Position numbers and translations under genes: made by a program. Shown piece by piece: positions 61,831-64,000 of a stretch of DNA of 64,000 bases. Each line of letters opens with the position of its first letter. The first letter of the stretch is position 1. This DNA is from Takakia lepidozioides. Its lineage: Eukaryota; Plantae; Bryophyta. The stretch is from positions 78,616,001 through 78,680,000 of the forward strand of contig CM060731.1 of assembly GCA_030704615.1 (NCBI GenBank). Direction: 5' to 3'. The notes beneath the pieces are model-generated. The model was not told the DNA's origin. It saw only the letters and a program-made list of their open reading frames with translations, and did not search any database.

Positions 61831-62010
61831 GGCACTTGAGTAGGTAGCCCAGTGGTTGGGTGTTTGTGCCTTGCCTGTGCATAACCTAGGTGATCCTGGT
61901 TCAATCCTTCAACATGTGCCTTCAGACCGTCCATTGGGCCCTCGATGGCCTGTGTGTTGAGCAGTAGGCTCTGTAAATTCACTGGACGTTGAAAGAAACT
62001 TTATTTTTAT
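61831..62010 (+). mobile_element. Possible tRNA-derived SINE
   Basis: A box TAGCCCAGTGG (61845-61855), B box GGTTCAATCC (61898-61907), GGCAC..GTGCC pairing, T-rich end near 62000. Confidence 0.45.
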
Positions 62011-62884
62011 CTTATCAGTGCTGTAAAAGTTGAGTTTGTAGTAACATCCAAGCTGAAAACTAACCTGTGGACTGTACTAGTGAAAATGTGGGTCTACACC
62101 GTATCCTATGTTCTGGCGCCCACTGAAGTAAGTGTGCAGGTTATCCATTTCATTGCACATGAATCAAGCACGTAAAGCTCAACTTTTCTAGGCTTGAATT
62201 GAGTTATAGTGGGGAAGTGTTCTGCCGCCCACATGCTTTGAACCCGAGTAGTTGTAGACAGCTCTGGATGGAGAGTTCGTGATACTAGGCTTTCCCGTGC
62301 CTGCGCTGGCAGCGCCTTGTGGACTGCAACCAGCACTGGAAATGAAATGCGTCTGCAACATGACCACCCCTTTTCCATCCCTTGATACTGTTGAAGACCG
62401 ACCAAGAAAGAAGGAATCGCAAGACCGGCGCATCCAGCTTGCGCTCTGCCATCTCCCTCCCCGATTATTCGCACATGGCAGGATTTTTCAAGGATTTTTA
62501 GGGTTTCTATGTACAGACGTACAGACCACAAAACAAAAAGCACGGCTGGAAATAGTAAAAGGGAAGTGGATGGCGAGCAAAGAAGGTTCGAGTATCAGAA
62601 TAGCAAAAGCAAGAGCGAGGCTTTCTTTTGATAGCACAGGAATGATACCAACAATAGTCGGGCTCATGGGTATGAATTCTCATAGGCTGACTCTTTCTTT
62701 ACGTTCGTAGAGAAGTTCTGCTTACGAGAAGTAAGCTCACTCCTTTTCTTTTGAAAATTCTTCATTCGGGGCAAGGAACACTTGCGGGGCTTCACTGGTT
62801 CATACCTTACCCTACACGTCTCTTGTCCCAAGCTCTGTGTTACGATCACAAGAACACATTAGAGAGGTTTTGTGGGTGGGCAAT

Positions 62885-63871
62885 ATGGAGGAGGAGATCT
62901 GGAGCAGGCTTCCTTTGGAGTTAGTGATGGTAGTGTTGGCCTGTTTGCCATATCCAAGTCTTGCCCGCTTTAAGTCGGTTTGCAAGTTGTGGAACTCCCT
63001 CCCATCCACTGCTTCTTTCCAACAACTCTGTCAGCACCTCCCTCTTCACCAAGACTCCTATGTCTTGTCTTTAGGCAAATACTGCAAGGATGGATACTAC
63101 CACGATTGTTGTACGTGGTATGCGCCCACAACTCGACGGTGGCAGAAGATCGACCTCAAATTCCCCCAGGATAATATACGTCGCCCAGTTCGTGCTGCAG
63201 ATGGAGGCTTATCTTGCATGTTGATGGACAAGGACTTATTGATTGTGTACAATCCTCTGTTGAACACTTCCACACAATTGCCTGCCCTGCCTCACGACAA
63301 TTCAGAATATGTGGAGATGGTGAATATGATTGTGGATAGATGCAGCAACACCTACAAGGTCCTTGTGATATCATACAATTACGCCGAACCACGACTACGT
63401 TGGAGAACGCACATCTATGACTCAACATGCGAGTGTTGGACCGAGACTGGAAAGATGCCCTCAAGAACCTTGCAGGATTGTTTAGGAAGTGTGATATGCG
63501 GCCCTACTCTCTTTGCTCTATTTGACATACTTGAGAATGAGAAAGACAACATTGTGATGGCTTGTGACATTGGCACGGGTGTGTGGACTAAAGTTGCTGC
63601 ACGGATGCCTGACGACTTTGGTGGACGTGGTTGGAATTGTCGACTTGTAGAGAGTGAGGGGCGCCTGTTGATGGTTGGGCCGCCTCGCGATCAAATGCAC
63701 GTCTCACCAACAATTTGTGTGTGGACCACACCCAATGAAGTTGTGATGTATGACACGAAGCAACACACATGGACGTCCACTGGATTTCCACCTGAATTAC
63801 GAAGAGGGACCATGGGACACCTGTACACTGTGGGTTGGGTTGGCGGTCTTAGTTTAGGTGCAAAAGTCTAG
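62885..63871 (+). CDS. F-box protein with kelch/FBA-type C-terminal domain (single exon)
   Basis: IWSRLPLELVMVVLACLPYPSLARFKSVCKLWN; ADGGLSC, VYNPL, YKVLV, IYDS..W, LVESEGRLLMV. Confidence 0.88.
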   Translation: MEEEIWSRLPLELVMVVLACLPYPSLARFKSVCKLWNSLPSTASFQQLCQHLPLHQDSYVLSLGKYCKDGYYHDCCTWYAPTTRRWQKIDLKFPQDNIRRPVRAADGGLSCMLMDKDLLIVYNPLLNTSTQLPALPHDNSEYVEMVNMIVDRCSNTYKVLVISYNYAEPRLRWRTHIYDSTCECWTETGKMPSRTLQDCLGSVICGPTLFALFDILENEKDNIVMACDIGTGVWTKVAARMPDDFGGRGWNCRLVESEGRLLMVGPPRDQMHVSPTICVWTTPNEVVMYDTKQHTWTSTGFPPELRRGTMGHLYTVGWVGGLSLGAKV

Positions 63872-64000
63872 ACAATCTGTTTTTTTGTTTTAGAACATGT
63901 TCCAATTCCATCAGAGTGCAAGAGACCGGGAGACTTGTATGGCTTCTCTTTCCCTTCCCTTGTTGGGCTCCCATGAGCCATGTGTGCCCGTGTTTACTTT

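Overview
Eukaryotic DNA, most likely from a non-seed land plant (spliceosomal introns, DUF604 and F-box genes, an Sfi1-repeat gene). It contains three host genes and a dense, nested set of transposons, with a 500-N gap at 17675-18174. (1) Three copies of a Ty3/Gypsy family have the order Gag(CCHC)-protease-DNMT3-like C5 methyltransferase-[TAG CAA CCA]-RT-RNaseH-integrase-PHD finger, and very short 3' LTR-like ends. The in-frame stop and its CARYYA readthrough context are conserved in all three. (2) Two young, full-length chromoviruses have perfect 5-bp TSDs; one lacks exactly a GT..AG intron covering the protease catalytic Asp. (3) An intron-containing gene has a ParB/Srx-like domain (WDGNHR). 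One copy continues into a beta-class N4/N6 DNA methyltransferase; the other lies back-to-back with a GCM-like/MULE DDE/SWIM transposase. Both copies carry arrays of the same 16-bp palindrome CTTGCGT(TG/CA)ACGCAAG. The best candidates for undescribed systems are this ParB-amino-MTase transposon with parS-like palindromes and the readthrough-controlled DNMT3/PHD Gypsy. Many frameshifts are single-base losses in short runs and may be assembly errors. Domain calls are from motif recognition by eye, not database searches.
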